This document shows, piece after piece, positions 9,608-18,511 of a stretch of 57,021 bases of DNA. The stretch is from an uncultured Thiotrichales bacterium (GTDB lineage Bacteria > Pseudomonadota > Gammaproteobacteria > UBA4575): the NCBI GenBank assembly GCA_964410595.1, contig CAYPHQ010000001.1, positions 1 to 57,021 on the forward strand, given 5' to 3'. Positions within the stretch are counted from its first letter, which is position 1; each line of letters opens with the position of its first letter. Both the position numbers and the translations under genes were made by a program. The notes beneath the pieces were generated by a model. The model made no database searches and was not told where the DNA came from. It worked only from the letters and a program-made list of their open reading frames with translations.

Positions 9608-11836
9608 CTATAAGCTACTATATTTTCGACGCAATCTTTGGCGCACTATTTCTGCTACGGTATTAAAGAAAAAAGTAAAGATAAATAAGACAAATGCAGC
9701 CAAGAACAAAATTCTATAGTGTGTGCTATCAACCTCAGATTCAGGCAACTCAACTGCCACATTAGCAGATAAAGTTCTCATCCCTTGGAACACGCTGAAA
9801 TCCATCACTGGTGTATTTCCGGTAGCCATTAATACGATCATGGTCTCACCCACTGCTCGTCCAAAACCAATCATAACAGCAGAAAAGATACCAGGACTTG
9901 CAGACAGTAAAACCACTCTAACCAATGTTTGCCATGAGGTGGCGCCCAATGCTAAGGAACCAGATGTTAAATGTTTAGGCACGCTAAAAATGGCATCTTC
10001 TGCTATAGAAAAAATCGTCGGTATTACCGCAAAACCCATAGCAATACCAATAATTAATGCATTACGTTGATCAAAACCAATGCCGAGTGTTTCACTCATC
10101 CAGATTCGCACGTTGCCCTCAAACAACCATAGCTCAACCAGTGGCGACACTTTCATGCAGAGCCATGTAATGAGAATGATCGGCACAATTAACATAGCCG
10201 CTTGCCAGCCCTCTGGAACGAGTAACTTATAATTTGGAGGAAGCCGCCACCATATTAATGACAATAGCACGATACCTATCGGCATTAAGAGGAGCACACT
10301 AAAAATGCCTGGCAAATGCGTTTCAACAAATGGTGCCAACCATAGGCCCGCCAAAAAGCCCAAAATAACAGTTGGCAAAGCTTCCATGATCTCAATGGTA
10401 GGCTTCACCACTGAACGCATTGATGGCGCCATAAAGTATGCGGTGAAAATCGCTCCGAAAATTGCCAGTGGCATGGCAAATAACATGGCATAAAAAGCCG
10501 CTTTGAGGGTGCCAAAAGTGAGTGGCATTAAACTGAATTTTGACTCAAAGTCACTGCTGGCTGAAGATGACTGCCAAATATAATCTGGTTTCACATAATC
10601 TTCATACCAAATTTTTCCCCATAGAGCCGACATGGAAGATTCTGGATGTTGATTATCAATGTTCCAGACTTGAAGATTATTATCATCACCCTCAGAAATG
10701 AATACATTAGCGCGCGGTGCAGTTGCAATACGCTGAATCACCTCAGTGTCAGCTGAGATGGTTAATAAATCACGTTCACTGGTAGTGTAAAGTAATTTAA
10801 TCTTACCCGATTGACTGCCAGCAATTATACCTTTTCGAAGTAACTCTGCTGCAATACTAGAAACAGGGGCATCATCAATTTTATTCGTACGAATCTTTTG
10901 CAACCTGAAGGGTAATGCCCCCTCACTTCTAACTTGAAACCATTGAGATAAATGCCCTGAGCTATCTCCTATTAACAACGACACTCCACCGGTCAGAAAT
11001 TTCATCACCGTAGGAGCAACCGGGGCTTGCGTCACTGCCACCTGCTCAACTAATTGTGGAGAATCTCGATCTCGCACATCATAGACAGATAACTGGCCAC
11101 TGTGTGTCAATGCATACGCCCATTCTTGCTCTGGATCGATTAACAAAGCCAGGGTGTTCGTTAACTGACCCAAGGGCACGCTAGGATTTTCCGCAAGTGT
11201 TGCATTATCAGATATAAACGAGACTTCCTTATCAAACGATTTATACAACCCCTGATCTTCATCGGTCAGAGCGATGACAGAGAGTGATTCTTCGTTATCA
11301 CCCACTGCAAAGTCCTTAATTGGCCCGGAAGTGATTGCATAAGATTGCTCCCCATAGGGGAAATTGATCGAGGGATGAATAATCCTTTCATTCTCTGTGA
11401 ATTCGAGCCGATACTGATGATCGAAAATCAATATCTCACCAGAGGCCAAACCCACCGCTAACGCGCGTTGCATTTCATTGACCACTTGAAAAGAACGAAT
11501 CGGATTATCTGCTGCTATGGGTAAAGACACCTGCTTGATAACTTCGCCGTCAACAATATCGAAGAAAAAAACCTGCCCACTATCAGTTAATCGCAGACCA
11601 ATTTCCGCCTGCTCTTCTATAGCTAGGTATAAAGTTTTTTGGTCATCTCCTGGCGCCTGATAACGACTGCTAAATTCCACTACCGGGCGCTCAAACAGTG
11701 GTAGTACTACACTTAACAAAAAGATGAAAATTAGCGTAATCGCAATAATGACACCAATACCACCCACCTGAACAATACGACGTGCGAGCACATCCAAGAA
11801 GTTACGAATTTTCCATGTATTATCGACTTTATTCAT
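9608..11836 (-). CDS. pstC: phosphate ABC transporter permease PstC, long form (742 aa)
   Basis: The C-terminal ~300 aa are a PstC permease core (EAA-like region, LALGATSWQT). TM1 is followed by a ~390-aa repeat-containing periplasmic domain. Confidence 0.9.
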   Translation of the reverse strand: MNKVDNTWKIRNFLDVLARRIVQVGGIGVIIAITLIFIFLLSVVLPLFERPVVEFSSRYQAPGDDQKTLYLAIEEQAEIGLRLTDSGQVFFFDIVDGEVIKQVSLPIAADNPIRSFQVVNEMQRALAVGLASGEILIFDHQYRLEFTENERIIHPSINFPYGEQSYAITSGPIKDFAVGDNEESLSVIALTDEDQGLYKSFDKEVSFISDNATLAENPSVPLGQLTNTLALLIDPEQEWAYALTHSGQLSVYDVRDRDSPQLVEQVAVTQAPVAPTVMKFLTGGVSLLIGDSSGHLSQWFQVRSEGALPFRLQKIRTNKIDDAPVSSIAAELLRKGIIAGSQSGKIKLLYTTSERDLLTISADTEVIQRIATAPRANVFISEGDDNNLQVWNIDNQHPESSMSALWGKIWYEDYVKPDYIWQSSSASSDFESKFSLMPLTFGTLKAAFYAMLFAMPLAIFGAIFTAYFMAPSMRSVVKPTIEIMEALPTVILGFLAGLWLAPFVETHLPGIFSVLLLMPIGIVLLSLIWWRLPPNYKLLVPEGWQAAMLIVPIILITWLCMKVSPLVELWLFEGNVRIWMSETLGIGFDQRNALIIGIAMGFAVIPTIFSIAEDAIFSVPKHLTSGSLALGATSWQTLVRVVLLSASPGIFSAVMIGFGRAVGETMIVLMATGNTPVMDFSVFQGMRTLSANVAVELPESEVDSTHYRILFLAAFVLFIFTFFFNTVAEIVRQRLRRKYSSL

Positions 11837-11961
11837 CTTGACTAGATGCGTTTATTGTTGTTTTTTTACGGTAATAATGCTGATGACGTATTAGTGCTTA
11901 TTATTTATGGGCATATGATACAGAGTTTGCGCTCAGACTATAGAGTTTTTATGCACAATAT

Positions 11962-11992
11962 AAAAAAAGCCCAGTAACTCTCATCACAGGGC
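11962..11992 (-). terminator. intra-operon terminator/attenuator after pstS
   Basis: The minus strand reads GCCCTGTGATGAGAGTTACTGGGC followed by TTTTTTT. This is a hairpin with one mismatch plus a 7-T run, between the pstS stop and the pstC start. Confidence 0.55.
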
Positions 11993-12021
11993 GCGAGTAC
12001 ATTTAGCAATAGTTTCAGCAA

Positions 12022-12990
12022 TTACAACCCCAATGATTCGAGGGTTTTCTTAGCCACACTGGAAGGTAATGGAATATAACCATCTTTCACGACCACCATC
12101 TGACCCTGCGATGAAAGCACCAATTTAACAAATTCACCCTCTAATGGAGAAAGTGGCTTATTAGGATGTTTGTTAACGTAGACATACAGGAATCGCGCCA
12201 ATGGATATTTACCGGCAACTGCAGTATCTGCGTTAACTTCGACATAGTCTGTTGAGCCTTTCTTAGCGATGGGTAGCGCTCGAACACCGGTGGTTGTGTA
12301 ACCGATGCCTGAGTAACCAATGCCATTCAAAGATTGGGTGATGGATTGCACCACAGAGGCTGAACCTGGTTGCTCATTCACCGATGACTTATAGTCGCCT
12401 TTACATAGAGCTTTTTTCTTGAAATATCCATAAGTACCCGACACTGAATTACGCCCAAACAACTGAATATCCTTACGTGCCCACTGACCCGTCAAACCCA
12501 AATCCCCCCATGTGTCCACTGTGCCTGAATAGCCACACTTACGTGTGCTGGAGAAAATAGCGTCAACTTGATCGATAGATAAACCTTGAATAGGGTTGTC
12601 TTTGTGAGCAAACACTGCGAGCGCATCAATAGCCACAGGCAGTGCGGTTGGTTTATAACCAAAACGCTTCTCAAAAGAGGCCAACTCTTTATCTTTCATC
12701 ATGCGGCTCATAGGCCCTAAATTTGACGTGCCTTCCGTCAATGCAGGGGGGGCTGTAGATGAACCTGCGGCTTGAATCTGAATATTCACATTCGGATAGA
12801 AGCGCTTGTACTCTTCAGCCCATAGTGTCATTAGGTTTGCCAAAGTATCAGAACCAACACTGGATAAGTTACCAGACACACCACTGGCAACCTCATAGTT
12901 AGGTAATGCCGGATCTACCCTGGCCTCAGCTAGAATAGCCGACGATGTGGCCAACATGAGTGTACCGATAAACATGCTTCTGTAATTCAT
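12022..12990 (-). CDS. pstS: phosphate ABC transporter substrate-binding protein PstS
   Basis: The track start at 13041 is an extension. ATG 12990 gives the signal peptide [21 protein letters not shown], with GGGAG upstream. The mature part is PstS/PBP-like ([17 protein letters not shown]). Confidence 0.9.
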   Translation of the reverse strand: MNYRSMFIGTLMLATSSAILAEARVDPALPNYEVASGVSGNLSSVGSDTLANLMTLWAEEYKRFYPNVNIQIQAAGSSTAPPALTEGTSNLGPMSRMMKDKELASFEKRFGYKPTALPVAIDALAVFAHKDNPIQGLSIDQVDAIFSSTRKCGYSGTVDTWGDLGLTGQWARKDIQLFGRNSVSGTYGYFKKKALCKGDYKSSVNEQPGSASVVQSITQSLNGIGYSGIGYTTTGVRALPIAKKGSTDYVEVNADTAVAGKYPLARFLYVYVNKHPNKPLSPLEGEFVKLVLSSQGQMVVVKDGYIPLPSSVAKKTLESLGL

Positions 12991-13090
12991 AATCTTTTTA
13001 GATCTCCCATTCAAAGATGACTTAATTTGGGCAATTAGCAATCAACAAGAACTTCTTGTCCCAATACTCAGATCAAGTTAATGGACTAAT

Positions 13091-13108
13091 ATTACAGGGT
13101 GATGACAT
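13091..13108 (-). promoter_or_regulatory. Pho box candidate upstream of pstS
   Basis: The minus strand reads ATGTCAT-CACC-CTGTAAT. These are two 7-mers, each 6/7 to CTGTCAT, with the canonical 4-nt spacer (11-bp phasing), directly after the phoR stop. Confidence 0.55.
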
Positions 13109-13112
13109 CAAC

Positions 13113-14429
13113 TTACTCAAGCTTATCTGGGTCAATGTGCATGCCAGCAGGAAATGACAACTCGACTGTTGTACCGACACCAATCTCGCTTTGAATATAT
13201 ATCTGTCCACCATGGCGTTCCATTACATGTTTTACAATAGACAAACCTAATCCAGTGCCTCCCAAATCTCGTGATCGCCCAGCATCAACGCGATAGAACC
13301 TTTCCGTGAGACGCATTAAATGTTGTTCATCTATTCCCTCACCCTGATCACGCACATATAGACTTGCGCCCTTGTTCTTATGGACCTCCCAGTCAAAAGT
13401 AACACTCGCATCAGCGGAGGAATATTTGATCGCATTTTCGATGGTATTTTGAATCGCGCTACATAGCTCAGAGGAATCTCCAATACACAGACAAGGCCTA
13501 GGGAGATTGTTTTTAAATTGCTGCTGATGCAACATTTTTGAATCTGCGACTATTTGCACACATTCATCCACCAGTTGAGCTAAATCGATGGTTTCCTCTT
13601 TGCTTTGATTCAGCGGTAGGCTCTCCAATCTTGATAACGACAACAAATCCTCAACCAACCGTTTCATACGCAAAGCTTGTTGAAGTGCCGTGTTGATGAC
13701 ATCAGTGGTGGCGGTACCGGCAGTCTCTCTAATACTTAGGGCCTCCAAGTAACCCAAGACCGCTGTTAGAGGCGTGCGTAGCTCATGTGAAGCATTGGCG
13801 ATAAAATCTTCTCGTACCTGTTGCAATCTCAATACTTCCAGATGGTCCTGCACATAGAATAAATTATGCCCCTTACCATAAGGAATCACTCTCATGACCA
13901 AATCATTTTGTTCACTTCGCGATGATTGAAATTCCAACGGGTGAGTAAAATCCCCATGATTCAGATATCGAATGATTTTAGGGTCACGCACAATATTACT
14001 GACTTTATTACCTTTATCTCTCTCAACATCGATGCCTAATACGCGCGTACTGACGTCATTAGCCCATTCAAGATTGTACTCATCATCCACGATCAACATC
14101 GCATCTGGCATCGCCGCGGTGGCCGCTTCAAAGCGATTAATCAATTCCTCAGCTTGTTTTTGCTGTATAAAATTACTCTTTTTAATGGCGCATATCTGAT
14201 CGACAATATTTTGACACAAACCAAAAAGATCAGGAGGGTGCCGTGTGGAAGCACCCGAGGTCAACCACAGATATAACTGCAAAATCTGGGACAGCCACCA
14301 ACCCATCACCGACACCAAGATAAAAATACTCACCCAACCCCACAGGCCTGTTATGAACCCTATCAATAACACCACCAATAGCGCCCCAAAAAGCACTTTG
14401 AGTTCAGATTTCAACCAGCTAATGTTCAT
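13113..14429 (-). CDS. phoR: phosphate regulon sensor histidine kinase PhoR
   Basis: The start is re-set to ATG 14429, which overlaps the phoB stop as ATGA. Two N-terminal TM helices, H-box (SHELRTPLT), and G-boxes (DQGEGI, GGTGLGLSIV). Confidence 0.9.
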   Translation of the reverse strand: MNISWLKSELKVLFGALLVVLLIGFITGLWGWVSIFILVSVMGWWLSQILQLYLWLTSGASTRHPPDLFGLCQNIVDQICAIKKSNFIQQKQAEELINRFEAATAAMPDAMLIVDDEYNLEWANDVSTRVLGIDVERDKGNKVSNIVRDPKIIRYLNHGDFTHPLEFQSSRSEQNDLVMRVIPYGKGHNLFYVQDHLEVLRLQQVREDFIANASHELRTPLTAVLGYLEALSIRETAGTATTDVINTALQQALRMKRLVEDLLSLSRLESLPLNQSKEETIDLAQLVDECVQIVADSKMLHQQQFKNNLPRPCLCIGDSSELCSAIQNTIENAIKYSSADASVTFDWEVHKNKGASLYVRDQGEGIDEQHLMRLTERFYRVDAGRSRDLGGTGLGLSIVKHVMERHGGQIYIQSEIGVGTTVELSFPAGMHIDPDKLE

Positions 14430-15121
14430 GCTATGTCTTTCACGAAGCGGTAACCATAGCCTCTGACCGTTTGCACCATGGTATCGCAACCATGAGGCTT
14501 TAATAATTTACGTAAACGTAAAATATGAACATCTACCGTTCTCTCTTCCACAAATTTACTTCGTCCCCAAACAAAATCTAACAACTGTGCCCGGCTGTAA
14601 ACCTTATCTATATGCGTCATAAAAAACTCTAATAAACGGAACTCGGTTGGGCCAATTTCTACCACTTGTTGCTTGATCACCAAGTGGTGAGCATCCAAAT
14701 CTAATATCAAATCACCATAGATAATTTTGTTGTCTTGATGCTTAATATCTACGCGCCGCAACATGGCACGAATGCGTGCAGATAATTCTTTGACTGAGAA
14801 GGGTTTAGTAATGTAATCATCTGCTCCTGCATCCAGACCCTCTACTTTATTATGTTCTTGAGTTTTAGCAGTTAGCATAAGTATGGGTATTTCACGAGTG
14901 ATTTCATCACGCTTAATTCTACGCACCAATTCTACGCCACTCACATCTGGCAACATCCAGTCCATGAGTATCAGATGAGGCTTTTGATCATTAATACACT
15001 TGTTTGCTTGCTGACCATTCTCCGCTTCAATCAATTCAAAGCGATCATTATTAATGGCAAATACCACCATATCTCGAATGGCTTTTTCATCTTCAACAAT
15101 CAAAATACGATGTTTTTTCAT
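14426..15121 (-). CDS. phoB: phosphate regulon response regulator PhoB
   Basis: 231 aa, OmpR/PhoB family: receiver (ILIVEDE...MDWMLPD) plus a winged-helix C-terminal domain (VDVHILRLRKLL, VRGYGYRF). Coupled to phoR. Confidence 0.95.
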   Translation of the reverse strand: MKKHRILIVEDEKAIRDMVVFAINNDRFELIEAENGQQANKCINDQKPHLILMDWMLPDVSGVELVRRIKRDEITREIPILMLTAKTQEHNKVEGLDAGADDYITKPFSVKELSARIRAMLRRVDIKHQDNKIIYGDLILDLDAHHLVIKQQVVEIGPTEFRLLEFFMTHIDKVYSRAQLLDFVWGRSKFVEERTVDVHILRLRKLLKPHGCDTMVQTVRGYGYRFVKDIA

Positions 15122-15228
15122 TTAATAGTCCTGGCAGAATGACTGCTGCTAGCAGTTAGCTGAGCCCAATCTAATCTGACTTAGTATGACCCAAACTGAG
15201 ATTAATTCTCAAGATACTAAACTGACAC

Positions 15229-15252
15229 AAAAAAGGGCAGTCAAGACTGCCC
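15229..15252 (-). terminator. Rho-independent terminator after the porin gene
   Basis: The minus strand reads GGGCAGTCTTGACTGCCC followed by TTTTTTG. Confidence 0.7.
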
Positions 15253-15298
15253 TAAAAAACTCTTATTAGCGCATGCGAACATGCGTTTTATTTTAGAG

Positions 15299-16579
15299 TT
15301 AGAACTTGAAAATCAAGTCTGTTTGCAAGACTTTCTCTTTGTCATTATCATCGGCAAATCCACTAATGTCTTGCTCAGTATCATAGTAGTCAACTCCAAA
15401 TACAACGTTTTTGTGTAAACCATAATTAAACACAAACTCATTGCCTTTGACGCCCGTTAGCCCACCAAAACGATCTGAACCTGGGAAAGCATCTAACCAT
15501 GCATCTCGTTCAAGATCAGCATAGATATACTTGAATTGCCACTGATTACGATCTTTGACTTTTTTGTCACCAAACTTAAATCCGACCGCATAACCTTTGT
15601 CATCATCGCCATCTGAGTTTTTGATATAATCACCAAACACTGCGAACATTTTCCCAGCAAAAGCGGTGGTTCCCAACTCAGCAGACAAGCCCAGTGAGTC
15701 GTAATCATTCACATAGTTGCCGGCGGCTAGCGTGTTTGTTCCAGAGGCATGATCAAGAGCAGGTCCTCCTTCAATGTCTTTGAAGCGGTAGAGTGTACCC
15801 GCGACATTACCAAACATATTGCCTGACTGGAATTTATGGCCTAGCTGAGCATAACTCATCATAGGATCGTCCTTAGTGTCGATGTATTCATCTAAGATCC
15901 ATACACCACCACTCAGATAAGTTTCACCTGCAGAGGATTTATTTTTAAACTTAACTGACATACCCTCTGGATTGATATCGCCATCCCAAAGCAAGTCAGT
16001 GGGTGCCCATAAGTAATCTTTGCGCTTAAATTTACCTGCCACAATCGATGCATAATCCACTGGAGAGTATTCTACAAACGCATAATCCAGACGAATGTCC
16101 TTAGTTTCAAAAGTGTCATCAAGCGTTTCATTAGTCGATCTTGGATCATCACCACCACTGGCAAAACCCGCGCCCACTTTGAGTTGATCATTTACCTGAC
16201 CCGTTGCGCCAAGACGAAATCTATAGCGATAACGCACCCGTGATTCTGGGTCAGCAGCATCATCGTCCTTGTAGTCAGAGTATTGACGGCGTAGACGCAA
16301 ATCGCCTTTGAGTTTTATCTTCTCAGCCCACTTGGTTTTTTCTGTAGCGGCTGCAATTTCCGCGATAAGGCTGTCTTTAGTTTCATTTTGACTTGCCTGA
16401 GTTTTTTCCTCATCGGCTTTCACAGAATTCGCCAGCACACTATAAGCGTCTTCACTGATCGTTCCATTATCACGAAGCACCTTTAATAGATCTATCATTG
16501 CATCATTACTTGCAAATGATGGCGTCATTAACGACGCCATCACAGCAAACACCAACACGTGTTTAGCTTTAAGTTTCAT
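15299..16579 (-). CDS. outer-membrane beta-barrel porin of uncertain subfamily, heading the Pho cluster
   Basis: ATG 16579 (GGGGA upstream) gives the signal peptide MKLKAKHVLVFAVMASLMTPSFA. The sequence has alternating beta-strand-like character with aromatic girdles, and the terminal ...DLIFKF ends in Phe as in OMPs. A Pho-box-like site lies upstream. Confidence 0.7.
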   Translation of the reverse strand: MKLKAKHVLVFAVMASLMTPSFASNDAMIDLLKVLRDNGTISEDAYSVLANSVKADEEKTQASQNETKDSLIAEIAAATEKTKWAEKIKLKGDLRLRRQYSDYKDDDAADPESRVRYRYRFRLGATGQVNDQLKVGAGFASGGDDPRSTNETLDDTFETKDIRLDYAFVEYSPVDYASIVAGKFKRKDYLWAPTDLLWDGDINPEGMSVKFKNKSSAGETYLSGGVWILDEYIDTKDDPMMSYAQLGHKFQSGNMFGNVAGTLYRFKDIEGGPALDHASGTNTLAAGNYVNDYDSLGLSAELGTTAFAGKMFAVFGDYIKNSDGDDDKGYAVGFKFGDKKVKDRNQWQFKYIYADLERDAWLDAFPGSDRFGGLTGVKGNEFVFNYGLHKNVVFGVDYYDTEQDISGFADDNDKEKVLQTDLIFKF

Positions 16580-16654
16580 AATCGTCCCCAGATTATTTTT
16601 TAAACAGTAATAAAAGTCACACACGCACAGTGCATAACAGTGTTTTTGTATAAT

Positions 16655-16672
16655 ATGATTGATTTATTACAG
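16655..16672 (-). promoter_or_regulatory. Pho box candidate upstream of the porin gene
   Basis: The minus strand reads CTGTAAT-AAAT-CAATCAT (6/7 and 5/7 to CTGTCAT, 4-nt spacer). A further CTGTTAT half-site lies about 32 nt downstream. Confidence 0.5.
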
Positions 16673-16835
16673 GCTGATTACATTGATTAAAAAATTTCGC
16701 TTATCTTATAGATGTAGATAAGACTTTGGATCGTTGATCTATGTCACTCGCATGAAATTAATCTAACACCGTCACAAAAAATCTTTCCAGAAGCTCTCAC
16801 AATCAATCCACCAATCACCGTGGTGGCATGATATA

Positions 16836-17080
16836 TCACGTAAATAGAATGAGACTAAGTAATGACAAAGTGCTACCTAACAACGCACCAGCGAAGACAT
16901 CAGTGGGATAATGCAGTCATAGAATCACTCGTGACAAAGCGACAAGACCGGTGAAAATCCAAGCGCAATGCCGAGCAGAGATGTTTTTTGTGATCCCCAG
17001 CATCAAGTGTCCAGCTATCTTGAACTAAATCAAACAATTTCAATGCTGATGTTTCAACACCGAAAAACTACTCTCTAAAT
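16836..17080 (-). pseudogene. remnant of a PAP2-family (acid phosphatase / undecaprenyl-diphosphatase-like) gene
   Basis: The minus strand reads ...GLVALSRVIL*LHYPTDVFAGALLGSTLSLLSLILFT*. This is the PAP2 C3 motif SRxxxxxHxxxD interrupted by an in-frame TGA (16917-16919). The upstream frames are broken, a DAGDH stretch sits where PSGH is expected, and only ~290 bp are available before cysS. Confidence 0.55.
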
Positions 17081-17124
17081 TAATGGAAAAGTTTTTTACC
17101 CTCTCACAAGCTAGATAAAACCGT

Positions 17125-18501
17125 TTATTTTTTGCGCCAACGTGTTCCTTCAGCACCATCTAATATTTCAATATTCATAGCCGCTAACTGATCACGAATG
17201 TCATCAGCAGTCACAAAATCTTTATCTGCTCGAGCTTGATTACGTCGCTCTATCAATTGATCTATGTTGGCATGCTCAGCCTCTTCACCATCCATACCGA
17301 ACCAATCGCTGGGTGACTGTTGTAATAAGCCGATTAAGTTGCCACATTCTAACAAGCCAGCTTTTAATTGTGCCTGCTGATGAGGATCTTGACTAATATT
17401 CGCTTGCTTGGCGAGGCTATGCAGTTCGCTCATGGCCAGCGGGGTATTCAAATCATCACTCAAGGCCTGTTTGAAAGCATGTGTCAGACTTGCTTCACAT
17501 GTTACGGACTGAATGTTTTCTAATTGTTCTAATGTCCCATACAATCTGTCCAGACTACTCTTGGCAGAAGTTAACAAATCATCTGTCCAATCTAATGGGC
17601 TCCTGTAATGTGAGCTCAGCAATGCGTAACGCACTGCCTCCCCGGGAGCTTCTGCAAGTAGATCATGCACCAACAATACGTTGCCAATCGACTTCGACAT
17701 TTTCTCATGATTCACATTCACAAAACCATTGTGTATCCAATAATGACAAAACTCCTCGCCTCCATGTGAGCAAGTGCTTTGTGCGATTTCGTTTTCATGA
17801 TGAGGAAATATTAAATCTTGTCCACCTCCATGAATATCGATGGTTTTGCCAAGATGCTTTTCGATCATGGCAGAGCACTCTATGTGCCAACCGGGTCGAC
17901 CGGCACCCCATGGACTCTCCCATGAAGGCTGTTCTGGCGTGGAAGGCTTCCATAAAATAAAATCTGCCGGGTCTCTCTTGTAAGGAGCCACTTCAACACG
18001 TGCACCAGCAATCATGTCATCACGATTGCGTCCAGATAACGCACCATATTGCTCGAACGCTGGCACATTAAACATCACATGTTGTTCAGCCTCATAGGCA
18101 TAACCCTGTTCTATTAAGCGCGCAATCATTTGAATGATTTCATCAATGTGGTCGGTGGCATGAGGTTCTATATCCGGCAAACCTACGCCCAATGAAGCCA
18201 TATCTTGACGATAGATATCTGCAAACTTTTGAGTGATGACTTCTATACCCACACCCTGTTGTAGTGCCGCAGCATTAATCTTGTCATCCACATCAGTAAT
18301 GTTGCGGGCATATACCACTTGCTTGTATTCATTTCTAAGCAGTCGCACTAACACATCAAACACCACCGCTGGACGCGCATTACCAATATGCGCATAACTG
18401 TAAACTGTCGGCCCACACACATACATGGTGATACGCTCGGGATCGATAGGGACAAATTCTTGTTTAGTTTTCTTGAGTGTGTTGTAAAGCTTAATGGTCA
18501 T
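17125..18501 (-). CDS. cysS: cysteine--tRNA ligase
   Basis: The track start 18609 overlaps ispB. ATG 18501 gives MTIKLYNTLKKTKQEFVPI, as in CysS. HIGN and KMSKS motifs are present. Confidence 0.95.
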   Translation of the reverse strand: MTIKLYNTLKKTKQEFVPIDPERITMYVCGPTVYSYAHIGNARPAVVFDVLVRLLRNEYKQVVYARNITDVDDKINAAALQQGVGIEVITQKFADIYRQDMASLGVGLPDIEPHATDHIDEIIQMIARLIEQGYAYEAEQHVMFNVPAFEQYGALSGRNRDDMIAGARVEVAPYKRDPADFILWKPSTPEQPSWESPWGAGRPGWHIECSAMIEKHLGKTIDIHGGGQDLIFPHHENEIAQSTCSHGGEEFCHYWIHNGFVNVNHEKMSKSIGNVLLVHDLLAEAPGEAVRYALLSSHYRSPLDWTDDLLTSAKSSLDRLYGTLEQLENIQSVTCEASLTHAFKQALSDDLNTPLAMSELHSLAKQANISQDPHQQAQLKAGLLECGNLIGLLQQSPSDWFGMDGEEAEHANIDQLIERRNQARADKDFVTADDIRDQLAAMNIEILDGAEGTRWRKK

Positions 18502-18511
18502 GATGGTTCGA

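Noticed and set aside
12991-13041. N-terminal extensions in the ORF track, for example pstS to 13041, phoR to 14489, porin to 16624, cysS to 18609, lspA from 28309, ispH from 28809, grxC from 33744, gpsA from 34451, trmL to 36127 and ntrB to 39610
   Set aside because: The longest-ORF rule runs these into the upstream gene or spacer. Homologous N-termini, signal peptides and stop/start overlaps support the internal starts listed in the features.
15211-15228. Possible Pho box upstream of phoB (minus strand GTGTCAG-TTTA-GTATCTT)
   Set aside because: It matches the consensus at only 5/7 and 4/7, and it abuts the porin terminator. That is too weak to call without a matrix score.
16917-16919. In-frame TGA in the PAP2-like frame as selenocysteine or read-through
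   Set aside because: The TGA replaces a motif Gly, no SECIS-like hairpin follows it, and the upstream half of the gene is missing or frameshifted. A pseudogene is the simpler reading.
17481-17960. 159-aa ORF antisense to cysS. Similar antisense or shadow ORFs occur at 579-767, 1033-1233, 5505-5735, 7192-7482, 9723-10070, 19593-19835, 31019-31321, 40205-40621, 41400-41798 and 43563-43808, among others.
   Set aside because: All lie inside or opposite confidently identified, full-length conserved genes, and their translations are low-complexity with no family resemblance.
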